A DNA stretch of 64,000 bases from contig NC_068982.1 in assembly GCF_001194135.2 (NCBI RefSeq), positions 161,914,383 to 161,978,382 on the forward strand, given 5' to 3'. Positions 14,362 to 27,944 of the stretch are shown here, piece by piece (the first letter of the stretch is position 1; each line of letters begins with the position of its first letter). Source of the DNA: Octopus bimaculoides. Its lineage: Eukaryota. The translations under genes were made by a program, and so were the position numbers. The notes beneath the pieces were generated by a model. The model saw only the letters and a program-made list of their open reading frames with translations. It was not told where the DNA came from and did not search any database.

Positions 14362-15584
14362 TCCAAAGATAGGAAGATATTTTCTCCTTCATATTATCAA
14401 GAACATCTGGTCCAGTAGTTATTAAATTTTGTAAGTGATTCAGGCATATAATATAAGATTTTATATGACTCACATACAGGTCTCAGTGTAAATGTGGATT
14501 CTTACAGACTTTTTCTCCTGATGTAATTTTAAACTGTTCCTATAAGATACATATCTATTTGAATCTAATCCCAACAAAATGAATAATCAATCTATCTTTA
14601 TAAAATCTTTGTATCTTTATTTATGTATGAGGTTGAACTTATGTTGTGATTCATTTCTTAAGTTTTTAACTGTCTTATGTTGTTTTCTTGAGGCTCAGAT
14701 AATTCATGTAATCTGTTTTTCAGGATACCTTTTGGATGCTCAATAAAATTACTTTGGTTATACAAACCTTTGTGATTGTTTAGTCTTCAGTAGTAAACAT
14801 GTCATTGCCATGTTTTCAGTTTCAAGCTTCGTTACATTTTGGTGTCAGTTTACACTGAATATGTTTAAACTTCATCATATTATCCTACTTAAGTTATTTA
14901 CAATGCATACACTTTCATTTTACATCTCTTCCTTGCTAAAGTCATTTACTGTATTAAACCCTTGATTTATTTTCAATCTGCTTTTGCTAGAAATATTTCG
15001 TTAACGTTTTCCTTCCAAAGTGTAAGCGACCCTACCATCACAAAGATACCATCAAAAAGCTCAGTTATTAGGGTTCCTAACATCTTCAGTGAGGTAGGTA
15101 GGTAGGTAGTGGGTGGAATTGATGAAGCAACAGACAGAAAATGTTCTGCAACATTTCGCTATGTCCCATAACAGTTCTAAGTTCAATTCTGACTTTTATC
15201 CCTCCAGTGTTAATAAAGTCTATTCCTGGCATAAACTGAAGTATCACCTAATCAGCTGTTCCCTCAGACCAAATTTGAAGACTTGTGCTTATGTTAGGAA
15301 TCATTTTGAAACAATTAATTAATTTAGTTATTATTACAGATGTGAACAAATTTACTTTTAACTGATATTTCCATTATTATACTTATTTGGATATTAATAT
15401 TTTTGTGATAATAAATAAGTATAATAATAAGTATAATAATTATGTATCATTAGTTGGTGACTAGAAATATGGAAGTTGCAGTTTGTGTATTTATACCTTT
15501 CTCAAGTAGTGTTAATTTAACCCTTGCATAAGTATTTAACTTGTATTCAGTAATAGCTTAATGATAGCATAATGTCTTAGCTTA

Positions 15585-15830
15585 ACTGATGGTGGTGTAA
15601 TATATTGTCATATTTAATGGTAGTCTAATATCTTTACTTTTAAAGTAATGCAACATCTTATTTTAATAAAAGTTTGATATCTAATCACCTTTAGTAACAG
15701 TGTAATATCAGATCATTTAATAACTGTAACATCATACTTGATGATAGTGTAATATCTGATCTTATTTGATGGTAATGTCATATTTTATTTAGTGGTAGTG
15801 TAATGCTTGATCGTATCTGATGGAATTGCA
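15585..15830. repeat. Highly degenerate ~27-bp tandem repeat
   Basis: Recurring gatggtagtgtaatatc.gatc.tattt-like units. Confidence 0.5.
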
Positions 15831-17158
15831 GTTAACTTACATTTTTCCTGGAGGTTTAATATCTTATCATATTTGATAATCTGGTAATTTCACCTATTAA
15901 CAATGTAAATATAATTAATAGTTTCAGCTGAAGCAGCTTACCTTCGATACAATATCAACAAGACCCTTACTTTTAATACAGTATTACTTATCTTATTTAG
16001 TAAACTTAGGTTTATAGTGTGCTTTTATTGATCTCTATAAATTTTGGGTATATGTATTATACAACTAAGAAGTGACTGATCTCTGTAACCAGTGTTGTCT
16101 CTCTTTCTACATTCATAAGCATACACATATACATACAACAGCAACAAAGTAAACTGTTCTTGATCCAGGTTCTTGAACAGAGCAAACACCCAAAATATAT
16201 ACCAAATACCTGGTCACTTTATGTACTAGAAACTGCAGCCAAATTTTCTCTCAAATCATGCTCTAGTATCTCAGAAAAAACATCTAAGACTTAATAAGAT
16301 AATGTAGTATTAGACAGGTTATGCCTGGAGGGGAGAACAGCAAAAAACAAAAAAAAAAAACAAAAGAAAAAAAAAAAGAATATAATATTTTTGGTCAAAA
16401 ATATCAAGGCTTACCTTAGCTAGCCTGTGCCAAGACAATAACTAGGTTCCTTTCTCCAGTCTACAGTTGAGGGGTTAGTGTTAGGAAAGATGCCATCTAG
16501 CTGTAAAAACGGTTGTTTCAACAAATAAGCCATTTCATACATGCTAGTAGTTTGAAATATTAGCTTTAAAAAAAAATTTAATAAAACTTTTAGTTTTAAG
16601 ATGAGGCATTAATTCCTGTTTGTGTGACAGGAAACAAGATGACAGACTCACCACTTGTCTCACCTGGCAGCCAAAAGAGAAAGAGATGACTTAATAGGTC
16701 ACTTATNNNNNNNNNNNNNNNNNNNNNNNNNNNNNNNNNNNNNNNNNNNNNNNNNNNNNNNNNNNNNNNNNNNNNNNNNNNNNNNNNNNNNNNNNNNNNN
16801 NNNNNNNNNNNNNNNNNNNNNNNNNNNNNNNNNNNNNNNNNNNNNNNNNNNNNNNNNNNNNNNNNNNNNNNNNNNNNNNNNNNNNNNNNNNNNNNNNNNN
16901 NNNNNNNNNNNNNNNNNNNNNNNNNNNNNNAAGTACTCTGTAGCAGTGTACAGGTATTGAACCTACTGTAAAGTGTTTTTTTTTTATTCTACTGGTGTGA
17001 AAGTCTAATACAGACAACTCATATTTATATATAAAATAGCTCTCAGCTGGTACAAAGGTGAATTAATTTGTGTATTGGTGTTAGCTTGACAAATATTAAG
17101 ATATTAATTATTAGAACCCTAATACAACAGGAAAATGTTTAAAAGCATTAGTATGTTT

Positions 17159-17164
<6 letters not shown>

Positions 17165-17230
<66 letters not shown>
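17165..17230. repeat. (CA)n microsatellite
   Basis: Direct reading. Confidence 0.95.
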
Positions 17231-17234
<4 letters not shown>

Positions 17235-19440
17235 CCATATGTACAGCAATGTAGCTAGATTGTGTGCTGTCTGGGGCAGCCCTTGAGTTTGGCCCACCCC
17301 CTTTACAGGCATATACACTAATTAAAAATGTGCTCCTCCCATAAAAGCACCATCTCAAGCACACACACCCCAACTATGCTACAGCATGTACAGTGTCGAA
17401 TCTTTTTAAAAATCCAAAATCATGGTTAAATACAGTACCACTTCTATGCAGTAAAGAACTTGATCTGTATCTCACTAAGTTTTACTTCTCTACAAAACTG
17501 TTTCAACCTAAAAATACATTATACTGTAAAATATTGAAGCTATATAGGTAATATTATTAATATATCAATATTTGTTGTATTCAACAACTTAGTGGTATTG
17601 TCCACCCGTAACAGCAACAACACCAACAATAATGATTTCAGTAGAATGGTTCATAAACAAAACAACAGCTTCACTATCAACTACAGGTGGTGTCATGTGC
17701 TTAAAGTCAACTAAGAAAGCATGTTTGAGCTTTTTGACATGTCTTGACATGTTGTGTGACCATTGTCAAAAACCAGAAAGAAACAGAAAAGAAAAGAAAC
17801 TTGTGACTATATTTGGGCTGTTTTGTTGATTGCTAGGCTAGTGAAGTCTTACCTTGCTTGGAATAAGTAAAGGCTAGCAATATCTGGTTGTAGAAAATGT
17901 GCCTCAACAAATTCTGTCTAACCAATGCAAGCATGAAAAAGTGGATATAAAAACAATAATTATGACAACCACCACCACCACTATCATCATTAACAACTAC
18001 AATGAACTATATAGTTTCATTACACAATTTCAGTGTACATGCTTTGGCATTTTGAGTTATCAGTCGTTGTTTAGCCTCAGGTCATCCCTGATCAAGAAGA
18101 TTGTATTGAAAGATGATCCAACTGTAACTTTCCCTTGTGTTTATCAAGAACTATAATCTCTAGAGTATAATTCTTAAAGATTGTAGGCTGTAATTTGAAG
18201 AAGATATGGCCGTATTACTATAACAGGTCAAGTGATCACATAGAGATTCCCTCATTGGTCATTGAGTCATCAATTGTTTCATTAGGTGGGTGCGCTTCAT
18301 ACTGCAATATCTGTACTATATTTTCTCTGTCACATCATTTCTGATTATCTGGCATTAGTTTCTTGGTATTTCCTCATGGCACTGTCAGTTTTCTGATAAA
18401 TCTTCATGTCCTATCAGTTCCGCAAGCATCCATGGTACCTTTAAATCATTAGACTGATATATCTTCATGGTACTTGTTAAACCATCAATCCAATGTTTCC
18501 ATAGCATCATTAAAGAAGCTCTTGTACAAATATTTTATTTCAGAGTTGTATTTGTCTGGAAAGTGGTATTACTTGAGATTTTGTGTTGAAACCAAATAAC
18601 TAAACTATAGAAGAGTTATGATAGTGACTTAAAGTACACAAGCATAAGTACAATTCCACTGGAGTACAATGAATTTTAGACCACTATGAAGTGTGTATCT
18701 GTCTGCTAGTCTTCTTTTTGAAACTGACATATATAGCTACACCAAAATTAATGTTGATAGATGTTTTGTTAATATGTTGCCTGCGGCATACCTTTACACT
18801 GTGAGCTCAAATCTTGCTGAGGTTAACTCTGTTTTACATCTTTCCAAGGTTCATAAAATATAGACCAGTTGAGTACTTAGGTTGCCCTAACCAACTATAC
18901 CACTATTTACTGCACTTGAGTCTTTGTACCTATGTAAGAAATCAATATATTATTTTTGAATTACTTGTGGTTTCTAATCTTTATTGGTCTCTAGATTATC
19001 AAAAATTAGAAAAGGAGCAATAACTATATATGGCATGATGTTAGATCACATAGTTCAATCCTTACTGCAGCCATCTTTTTATATTTTTGGTCATTAATAT
19101 ATTTTAGTCTGCATGAGAAGGACCAGAACTGATGATATTTGTGGTCATTATGAAACTTACGAAATTGAACCAGAATTTCTGCAGATTGATGTTGTAGGGA
19201 GAATGTAGACAGGAAGTGAGTTCCAGGGTGTTGCAGTTAAGGGATAATAATTTTGAATGTGTTCGGTGTAAAGTAATTTTTTAAAAATGGGGGATTTGGG
19301 GGAGTTGGGCACATGCAAACCAAGTGTGAAACACCTCTAGTCACTTCAAATGAGCAGGGCTACTGCCCCTGCCAATCTCTTCCATTACCCTTAAACAGTT
19401 CTCTTTCCTTTCCAAACTGTTTAACCCTTTTCTCTCGCTG

Positions 19441-19700
19441 CATCCCATTCTTTATAAAGATTCTGCCAGCTATCAACTAAAAGGTTTCACTTCCATCATC
19501 TCAAAAACGAAAGGAACATTTATTGACAATGACTTTCTCCAGCATTCCTTCTCCTCATCAGTGACCTCCAGGTTATGGGAACTTGGTATACTTTGCCATT
19601 CACTAGCAGTTCTACACCCTTGTGTAAGTTTGTTACTCTTGACATCAACAAAGCGTTTAACTGCTCTTTGCGTGTGAAGTTTGTAGCCAATCTGATTTAT
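19441..19700 (+). mobile_element. Degenerate Jockey/CR1-group LINE reverse-transcriptase fragment
   Basis: HPILYKDSASY...TSIISKT, LISDLQ and VTLDINKAFN resemble the PIPKKG..SNYRPI.LTS.ISK, LISD.QYGFR and LDISKAFD motifs. Confidence 0.6.
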
Positions 19701-20464
19701 GGGTTCCTTGTCTTTGTGTGCCTCGTTGTTTGGTTGTGCCCCTCACGTCCTTCCTTTTTGTTACACATGCTATTCTTCTCTTTTTGTACATGAACAAACC
19801 TGTTCGTTGTCATTCTCCACTCACACAGTTGAAATATCTCTCTCAACCCTACACCTCAGCCATGAACAAAGATCTCAAAAACATCCTCTAAAGGGCCATA
19901 ACAATCACAACAGAATCACAAGACAGTTATTGCATATACCAAAGAAACAATCTTGTACTTTCCTTTCTCAAATTTTGGGTAACAAACACTTGAAAAAAAA
20001 AAAAACAACAACAAAAAACTGGAAAATTCCCTACAAATACTTGGTTTCACAAATTTTGATCTTTTCTGCTGAACCCCCATCCATGATATAGGTAAAACTC
20101 TAAGATGGGCCTTTTCTTCTGAATCATGATGAAGTAGTGGTTTTCTACAAAGCTCCAAAGCACACCTCCTCTCCTACATCTAGATAACTCTGTTGCTAGT
20201 NNNNNNNNNNTTGAAAAAAAAAAAACAACAACAAAAAACTGGAAAATTCCCTACAAATACTTGGTTTCACAAATTTTGATCTTTTCTGCTGAACCCCCAT
20301 CCATGATATAGGTAAAACTCTAAGATGGGCCTTTTCTTCTGAATCATGATGAAGTAGTGGTTTTCTACAAAGCTCCAAAGCACACCTCCTCTCCTACATC
20401 TAGATAACTCTGTTGCTAGTGCACATACAAGAATCCAACCTTTCAATAAATAATAATAATAATA

Positions 20465-20640
20465 ATCCTTTCTACTGGAAGCACAATGCCTCAAATTTGG
20501 GGGAAGAGATTAAGTTGATTACATCGACTCCAGTGCGTAACTGGTATTTGTTTAATCAACCCCAAAAGGATGAAAGGCAAAGGTCGACCCCGGCGGAATT
20601 TCATCCGGTGTGCTAATGATTCTGCCAGCTCGCCACCTTA
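20465..20640 (-). mobile_element. Family A SINE
   Basis: Reverse complement of the head (ctgccagctcgccacc) and body modules. Confidence 0.85.
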
Positions 20641-22675
20641 ATAATGATCATAATAATAATAATAATGATAATTAAAAACTATCCAATTTGCCAAATTTCA
20701 CTAATCAACACATTACCATATATGTCCTGTCACCTCTCTGTCTATTCTATTGATGCTGTTTCTGTTTCTACTCTTGAATTAGCTTGTGCATACCACTACT
20801 ATTTACGGACTTCTCTTCCTTCCAGTTTTTTTTTTTTTTTTTTTTTTTTTNNNNNNNNNNNNNNNNNNNNNNNNNNNNNNNNNNNNNNNNNNNNNNNNNN
20901 NNNNNNNNNNNNNNNNNNNNNNNNNNNNNNNNNNNNNNNNNNNNNNNNNNNNNNNNNNNNNNNNNNNNNNNNNNNNNNNNNNNNNNNNNNNNNNNNNNNN
21001 NNNNNNNNNNNNNNNNNNNNNNNNNNNNNNNNNNNNNNNNNNNNNNNNNNNNNNNNNNNNNNNNNNNNNNNNNNNNNNNNNNNNNNNNNNNNNNNNNNNN
21101 NNNNNNNNNNNNNNNNNNNNNNNNNNNNNNNNNNNNNNNNNNNNNNNNNNNNNNNNNNNNNNNNNNNNNNNNNNNNNNNNNNNNNNNNNNNNNNNNNNNN
21201 NNNNNNNNNNNNNNNNNNNNNNNNNNNNNNNNNNNNNNNNNNNNNNNNNNNNNNNNNNNNNNNNNNNNNNNNNNNNNNNNNNNNNNNNNNNNNNNNNNNN
21301 NNNNNNNNNNNNNNNNNNNNNNNNNNNNNNNNNNNNNNNNNNNNNNNNNNNNNNNNNNNNNNNNNNNNNNNNNNNNNNNNNNNNNNNNNNNNNNNNNNNN
21401 NNNNNNNNNNNNNNNNNNNNNGAAGCATGATTGTTTTTTAATCAGTCAAGGGTTAAAAGTGATGGTTATATTTTGCAAGTTTTATATTTTTGTTTGTTTA
21501 TTTTGTTTTGTTTTGGTTTGTTTATCACTGTTGGGTTACAGCTTAAGGTAGAAGTTATTGGGAGTGTGGGTTACATAATGCCTGGAGTAGTGCTATTGCT
21601 GCAGAAACACTCTAAGGCTAAGGTAATTGACCAATCAGTGTCTCCATTCAGTGGCCCACAAACATGCTGTTTTCTTTTTCTGCTGTTCTGTCCCTCCTCC
21701 TCCTCTTCTAAATTGTGTACCCCATCTACTATTTTCTGATGTTTCTTACCCAGCAAACTCCTCTGCAAGTATTTTCTGCTTTAATTTTCCTTCATTTGTT
21801 TAAATTTTCTTTTCGAACTTAATGTATACAAGACTGCACTGGCTATGTGTCGTTTATTTTTAAGGTATGGTGTGAGGGAAATTTGGTTACCATTATAGCA
21901 TGTCAAAACACCATGTAGAGACTTCTGATCCTCGAGTAGACAGAAATCTAAAACAATTGATCACTGAATCACATGCAATATCTGCAAGCAAGTGCTTGAT
22001 CAATCAAGATTATCAGAAGCTAAACAACAATAAAGAAAATACTTTCTCAAACGTTTTTGTTCTAGCTCTGTAACCTTTTGGAACTGATTCCCTGTTTTCC
22101 CTTTAGATGTCAGCCTATAGAACAAAATCAAGCTAAGCATGAACTGCAGATGTTGCACAACCATATGCAATAAGCAATTTAGTGTAATGACAATTGTAAT
22201 GGTATACATAATGATAATATTCCTTTCTACTATAGACACAAGGCCTGAAATTTTGGAGTAGGGGACTAGTCAATTACATCAACCCCAATAGTCAACTAGT
22301 ACTTATTTCACCGACTCTGAAGGGATGAAAGGTAAAAATCAATGTTGGTGGAATTTGAACTCCGACTGTAAAGACGGATGTAATGCCACTAAGCATTTTG
22401 TCTGGTGTGTTAATGATTCTGCCAGCTCATCATCTTTATTATTATTATTATGATGATGATGATCCTTTCTACCATAGGTTCAAGACCTGAAATTTTGTTA
22501 GGAGGGAGCTAGTCAATTATATTGACCCCAATGCTCATCTGGTACTTATTTTATCAATTCCAAATGGATGAAAGGCAAAATCAACCTTTGCGGTATTTGA
22601 ACTTGGTTTATAATGAGTCTGAAGAAAATAAGTTTTCTGACACTCTAACAATCCCATTAGCTCAGAGCCTAATTT

Positions 22676-22706
<31 letters not shown>

Positions 22707-23089
22707 TGATGATGGTTTCAAATTTTGGCACACAACCAGCAATTTCAAGGAGAGGGGAAGTCGATTATATTGACGCCACTGCTCAACCAGCACTTATTTT
22801 ATTGATCCAGATAGGATAAGGCAAAGCCAACCTCAGCAGAATTTGAACTCAGAACATAAAGATGGACAAAATGTCACTAAGCATTTTATTCAGCATGCTA
22901 GTAATAATAATAGTTTCAAATTTTGGCACAAGGCCAGCAATTTTTGAGAAGAGGGCAAGTCGATTACATCAACCCAAGTGTTCAACTGGTACTTATTTTA
23001 TTGACCTCAAAATTGACCTTGTGGAATTTGAATGAAATTCCACTAAGCAATATGCTTGGCATGCTAATGATTCTGCCAGTTCTCAGCCT

Positions 23090-23090
<1 letters not shown>

Positions 23091-23135
<45 letters not shown>
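23091..23135. repeat. (AGT)n microsatellite
   Basis: Direct reading. Confidence 0.95.
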
Positions 23136-23136
<1 letters not shown>

Positions 23137-23814
23137 ATAATAATAATCCTTTCTACTGAAGGCACAAGGCCTGAAATTTTGCGGAGTGGTGGTGGTGGGG
23201 GGGACTAGTTGATTACATTGACCCCAATACTTGACTGGTACTTAATTTATCAACCCCAAAAGGATGAACGGCAAAGTTGCCCTCGACAGAATTTGAACTC
23301 AGAATGTAGTGACAAGCAAAATACCACCAAGCATTTTGTCCAGCTAATGATTCTGCCAGCTCAGAAAACCCTTCTACCACAGCAAAATTGATAGCAATGC
23401 TGGATCCACATAAAAAGCATTGGTGCTGGTGCCATGTAAAAAGCACTCAGTACACTCTGTGAAGTGGCTGGCATTAGGAAGGGCATCCAGCCACAGAAAC
23501 CATGCTAGAACAAGCAATGGAGCCTGGTGTGGACCCCAACCATGCCAGCTCCTCTCAAACCATTCAACTCATGCCAGCATAGAAAATAGACGTTAAATGA
23601 TGATAGCTATTAATTTCTTTCAAGAGCTTGAAATGTTAGGGACAGTACCAAGGCAAAATAAGGAAAAAGCAACAAGAGGTGTTATATTGAGTGAAATGAC
23701 TAAGATCAGCAATAACAAAAGTGACATATTGATAAATAGACCAAAAAAAAATCTCTAATAACATTAAAGTAATAATAGTAACAACAACTAGCATAGGCAC
23801 AAGGCCAGACATTA

Positions 23815-24185
23815 TTCTTTTATTTGTTTCAGTTATTTGACTGTGGCTATGCTGGAACACCGCCTTTTGTCGAACAAATCGACCCCAGGACTTATTCTTT
23901 GTAAGCCTAGTACTTACTCTATCGGTCTCTTTTGCCGAACCGCTAAGTTACGGGTACGTAAACACACCAGCATCGGTTGTCAAGCAATGGTGGGGGGACA
24001 AACACAGACACACAAACATATACATACATATATGTATATATATGACGGGCTTCTTTCAGTTTCCATGTACCAAATCCACTCACAAGGCTATAGTAGAAGA
24101 CACTTGCCCAAGGTGCCACGCAGTGGGAATGAATCCGGAACCATGTGGTTGGTAAGCAAGCTACTTACCACACAGCCACTCCTGT
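23815..24185 (-). mobile_element. Well-preserved family B tRNA-derived SINE with TG/TA-rich linker
   Basis: Reverse complement reads ggagtggctgtgtggtaagtagcttgcttaccaaccacatggttccggattcattcccactgcgtggcaccttgggcaagtgtc...; related, more decayed copies at about 2075-2340, 3630-3850, 46790-46940 and 56965-57290. Confidence 0.85.
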
Positions 24186-26329
24186 GCCTATTATGTGAAA
24201 ACAATTATGTTGATCCCAGTACTTGACTCGTACATTATTTGTATCAAAATCAAGTGAAGAAAGTCAACCTCAGCAGAATTTGAACTTGGAATCACAATAC
24301 ATTTTGTTTGACAATCAACCAATTTTACCTTCTATTGCCCTTTAGTAATGATAATAATTTCTAAATTTGTAACAGTCAGGTATTTTATTTTGATGGTATC
24401 AGATAAATTGACACCAGTACTTGACTGGTACTTACATTATCAATAGTAATAATGATTTCTAACACAAGCACAACACCATGAAGGAGTTAGTTGATTAAAT
24501 CAATTCCAGTACTTAGGTTTCCTTTTTTTCTTTTTTTAAATTTTATTGATCCTTGTAAAGAGAAAGGTCAACCTTAATGGGATTTGAACATAAAGAACTG
24601 GATCGAATGTAAAACATTTTGTCTGATATTCTAATGATTTCTGCCAATCAATCGCCAATTATAATCCTTTCTGCTATAGGCACAAGGCTTGGAATTTGAA
24701 GGGAGGGGGATAGTCAATCACATTCACCCCAGTACTTGGTACTTAATTTATCAATCCCAAAAGGATGAAAGACAAAGTTAACCTCAGCGGAATTAGAACT
24801 CAGAACTTAGTGACAGGCAAAAACTGCTAAGCATTTTATCCAGCATGCTAGTAATAGTAGTAGTAGTAATTATTATTATTATTATTAATTCATAAGAAAA
24901 AACTTTCAGGCCTTGTGCCTCTGCTAGAAAGTTATTAGTAAAGTTAAAAGATGAAATAAGTCTTAGAATATCAGAAAAAAATTCTTGGTAATATTTTTTT
25001 CAGGTTCATTACTTAATGAGTTCAAACTCTGCTGAGGTCAGCTTTGCCTTTCATCTTTTCAGAGTCAATAATATAAAATACCAGTGAAGTACTGGGGTCA
25101 ATGTCATCGACTTTCCCCCTCCCCACAAGATTTCAGGCTTTGTACCTATAATAGAAAGGATTATTATTAGTGTCGCATAACTGACCTGTTAAAAGCACTC
25201 TTCAATTGTTGGGCAATATGCTGTGCTTGTGAAGACTGTCAAATCACGTGAAATCATAGTTGTGACCGATGCCAGTGCTGTCTGACTGGTACCTGTGCCG
25301 GTGGCACATAAAAAGCACCATTCAAACGTTGGGAGGCAGTGATGTCAAGTCAAGTGAGATCGTAGTTGTGGCTAATGCCAGTGTTACATAACTGACCCAT
25401 TGAAAGCACCCTTCAGCCATTGGATGATATGCTGTGCTTGTGAAGACCTGTTGAACTGAGTGAAATCATAGTCATGGCCAATGTCAGTGCCACCTGACCG
25501 GCATGTGAAAGTACCATTTGTGGAGCCAGTGATAGGGGACCAAGACCTTTGGTGATATACTGTGCTTGTGTAGACCTGTCAAGACCATAGACCTGTGAGA
25601 CCATAGTCACAGCCGATGCCAGTGTCAGGTCATTGGCATGTAAAAAACACCCACTACACTCTTGGAGTAGTTGGCATTAGGAAGAGCATCCAGCTATAGA
25701 AACTTGACCAAACCGTCCAACCCATGCCAGCATGGAAAGCGGATGTTTAATGATGATGATAATGATGAAGCTGGTGAGTTAGCAGATTCATTAGCATGCT
25801 GGGCTAAATGGTTCATGGTATTTCATCTGTCTTTACATTCTGAGTTCAATTTCTGCTGAGGTCGACTTCGTCTTTCATCCCTTTTAGGGGTCAATAAAAT
25901 AAGTACCAGCTAAACACTGGGGTCAATGTAATCGACTCATCCCCTCCCCCGAAATTGCTGTCCTCATGGTAAAAATTGAAGCTTATTATTAGAGAAGCAA
26001 AGCTCAGCTTTGGTCTTATTCCTGGTAGGATTTATGTGGTAGTAGGTTACCACCTGTTACCTTAAGTATCCACACACTTTTGGCAGTCTTTCAAGTGCTT
26101 AAAACCCTCTTGATAATCCTTGCTATCCCTAAGAGGCAAACTTTCTGTAGGAGCTCTACTGGGCATTCTGTTTCAATCGCCTTCAACCATTTGCATATAT
26201 CTTGGCTTACTGTTCGCAACGCACCAATTATTACAGGCACAACCTTTACTGTTCACATGCTCCAAATTCTTCCTATTTCAAATTTGGAAGGATTGTATTT
26301 TCTTTATTTTTCTTTCTCTTTCTTTACGA

Positions 26330-26717
26330 TTAGTAGTAGTAGTAGTGGCGATGATGATAATCTTTGGTTCAAAATGTTTGCATGGTTATGTGATTGTTAT
26401 AACTCTGCTGCTGCTAATACTGTAACTACAACAACTACGACCACAATTACTGGTGCCACAGCTATTATCATCATCACCACTACTAATTACTTATATTATA
26501 TTACTATTAATAATAATTTGGTTTCTAATTTAGGCACAAGACTAGCAGTTTTAAAGGGTGTAATACTACCAATAATACTGCTATTATTATTAATGTGACT
26601 ACCACCACTGCTGCTGCTGCTGCTACTACTACTAAATAATAATGATGATATTAATGCTGCTGCTACAACTACTACAATTATATCTCCTAATAATGTTGCT
26701 ATCATCATTAATACTAT

Positions 26718-26758
<41 letters not shown>

Positions 26759-26760
26759 TT
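26330..26760. repeat. Compound low-complexity trinucleotide region (AGT/ACT/GCT/AAT/ATC)
   Basis: Direct reading; explains the overlapping poly-T/S/I ORFs. Confidence 0.85.
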
Positions 26761-27123
26761 TACTAATGGTTGATTAGTCAGAATTGAAATATACTCAAAT
26801 TAACTCTTCTCTATCCCACAATGAAATGGACTTAGGTGATGTTGGCATTTTACTTTGTTAAAGAGCAACCCAACCTCAGTGATATTCTCTGCAAGCCCCA
26901 GCACTCAGTTTTACAATATTGATCTCTTCTGCAAACTCTCCCTCCCTTCCCTCCCTCCTTCCTCCTCTCCCAATACTAACCCCGCCATCATTTTACCATC
27001 ATCACCCTCTTAAATGAACCATTTATGCCTGATAATGCATCACTTCCTGTGAAGATGAGACATAGTTATGCATCATGGAAAAAATGGGGCTCTCTGTTTC
27101 CCTTAATTCTCTTTGCTTTGTAG

Positions 27124-27150
27124 TCACTACAGTACAGTTAGCAGATGGTG
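27124..27150 (+). other. Candidate 27-nt microexon, or 3' end of an internal first exon, ending in ATG GTG
   Basis: Branch-like ccttaat plus pyrimidine tract tctctttgctttgtag|, donor GTG|gtgagt, and G-runs downstream. ATG at 27145 is phase 0, in frame with exon 34835. Confidence 0.35.
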
Positions 27151-27944
27151 GTGAGTGTAGTAATGGTTGGGGGTTGAGTGAAGGCTTGGTGGGTGGGGAT
27201 TGATTTCTGGCTTATGGGTGGGGATTGATTTCTGGTTTGTTAGAATGATCCCAATTCATGAATCACACAGTTGTTGACTTGAGTAGTCAAGAATAATTGG
27301 GTTAGCTTCCTTCAAACAGATCTGCTTGTTGAATTCACTCTTATGTTTTCTCTCCGCTGTTGATCCTCCTACTCCTTAACTGTCATCTTCTTTTCATACA
27401 TCACTCCACAACTTCCTCCTTTTTTTCGTAGTTTCCAGTTTGCTTTAGAATTCCCAAAACATAGCTGGAGGAGAAGGAGGCACGGGGTAGTGTTTGTGTT
27501 TGTGATGGTGTTGGTGTTGGTGATGAAGAGAACAAAAAAAAAAAATTCTTTCTTAGTAGAATAGAAGATGGTGGAAATGTGGAAGATTGTTTTTAACCCA
27601 CCCACCCCCTCCTTTTTCTCTTTAATGAAAATCTGTTGAATGTAAAAAAATTTCTTTAGAAAACCTCTGACACCTTGTTGATTCTTTTCATTTAAGGGGA
27701 TGGTTGGCAGTGGTGGTTAGATTTCTTTTATCCTGTGTAATATCAGTTTACACCATATTTGAAATGTTATCTTTATGTAAGCGATTTATCTGTATCTTCC
27801 TTTTTTGAAAAGTTGCTTATATTTGAATTTTGTAAACAAAATTTGTCTCAACACCTGCTAGCCAAACCCCACCCTTAGTTTTAGAGTGATTTTCTAATTG
27901 CTTAAGAAGTATATACATTATCATTGTTATTAAGTCGATGAGCT

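Larger units (their letters stand above)
22225..25990. mobile_element. Dense cluster of about a dozen or more tRNA-derived SINEs (mainly family A, both orientations) separated by AAT/GAT/AGT microsatellite tails
   Basis: Recurrent modules gagctggcagaatc (A-box-like), gagttcaaattc (B-box-like), ctttgcctttcatcc, actggggtcaatgtaatcgact and tttcaggccttgtgcct, and their reverse complements. Boundaries approximate. Confidence 0.85.

Noticed and set aside
19990-20420. Near-exact direct duplication of ~210 bp (19990-20200 and 20211-20420)
   Set aside because: It flanks a 10-N placeholder gap, the signature of unmerged overlapping contig ends; an assembly artefact.
26080-26708. 172-aa ORF and overlapping ORFs
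   Set aside because: Driven by stop-free trinucleotide low-complexity sequence; no domain recognised.
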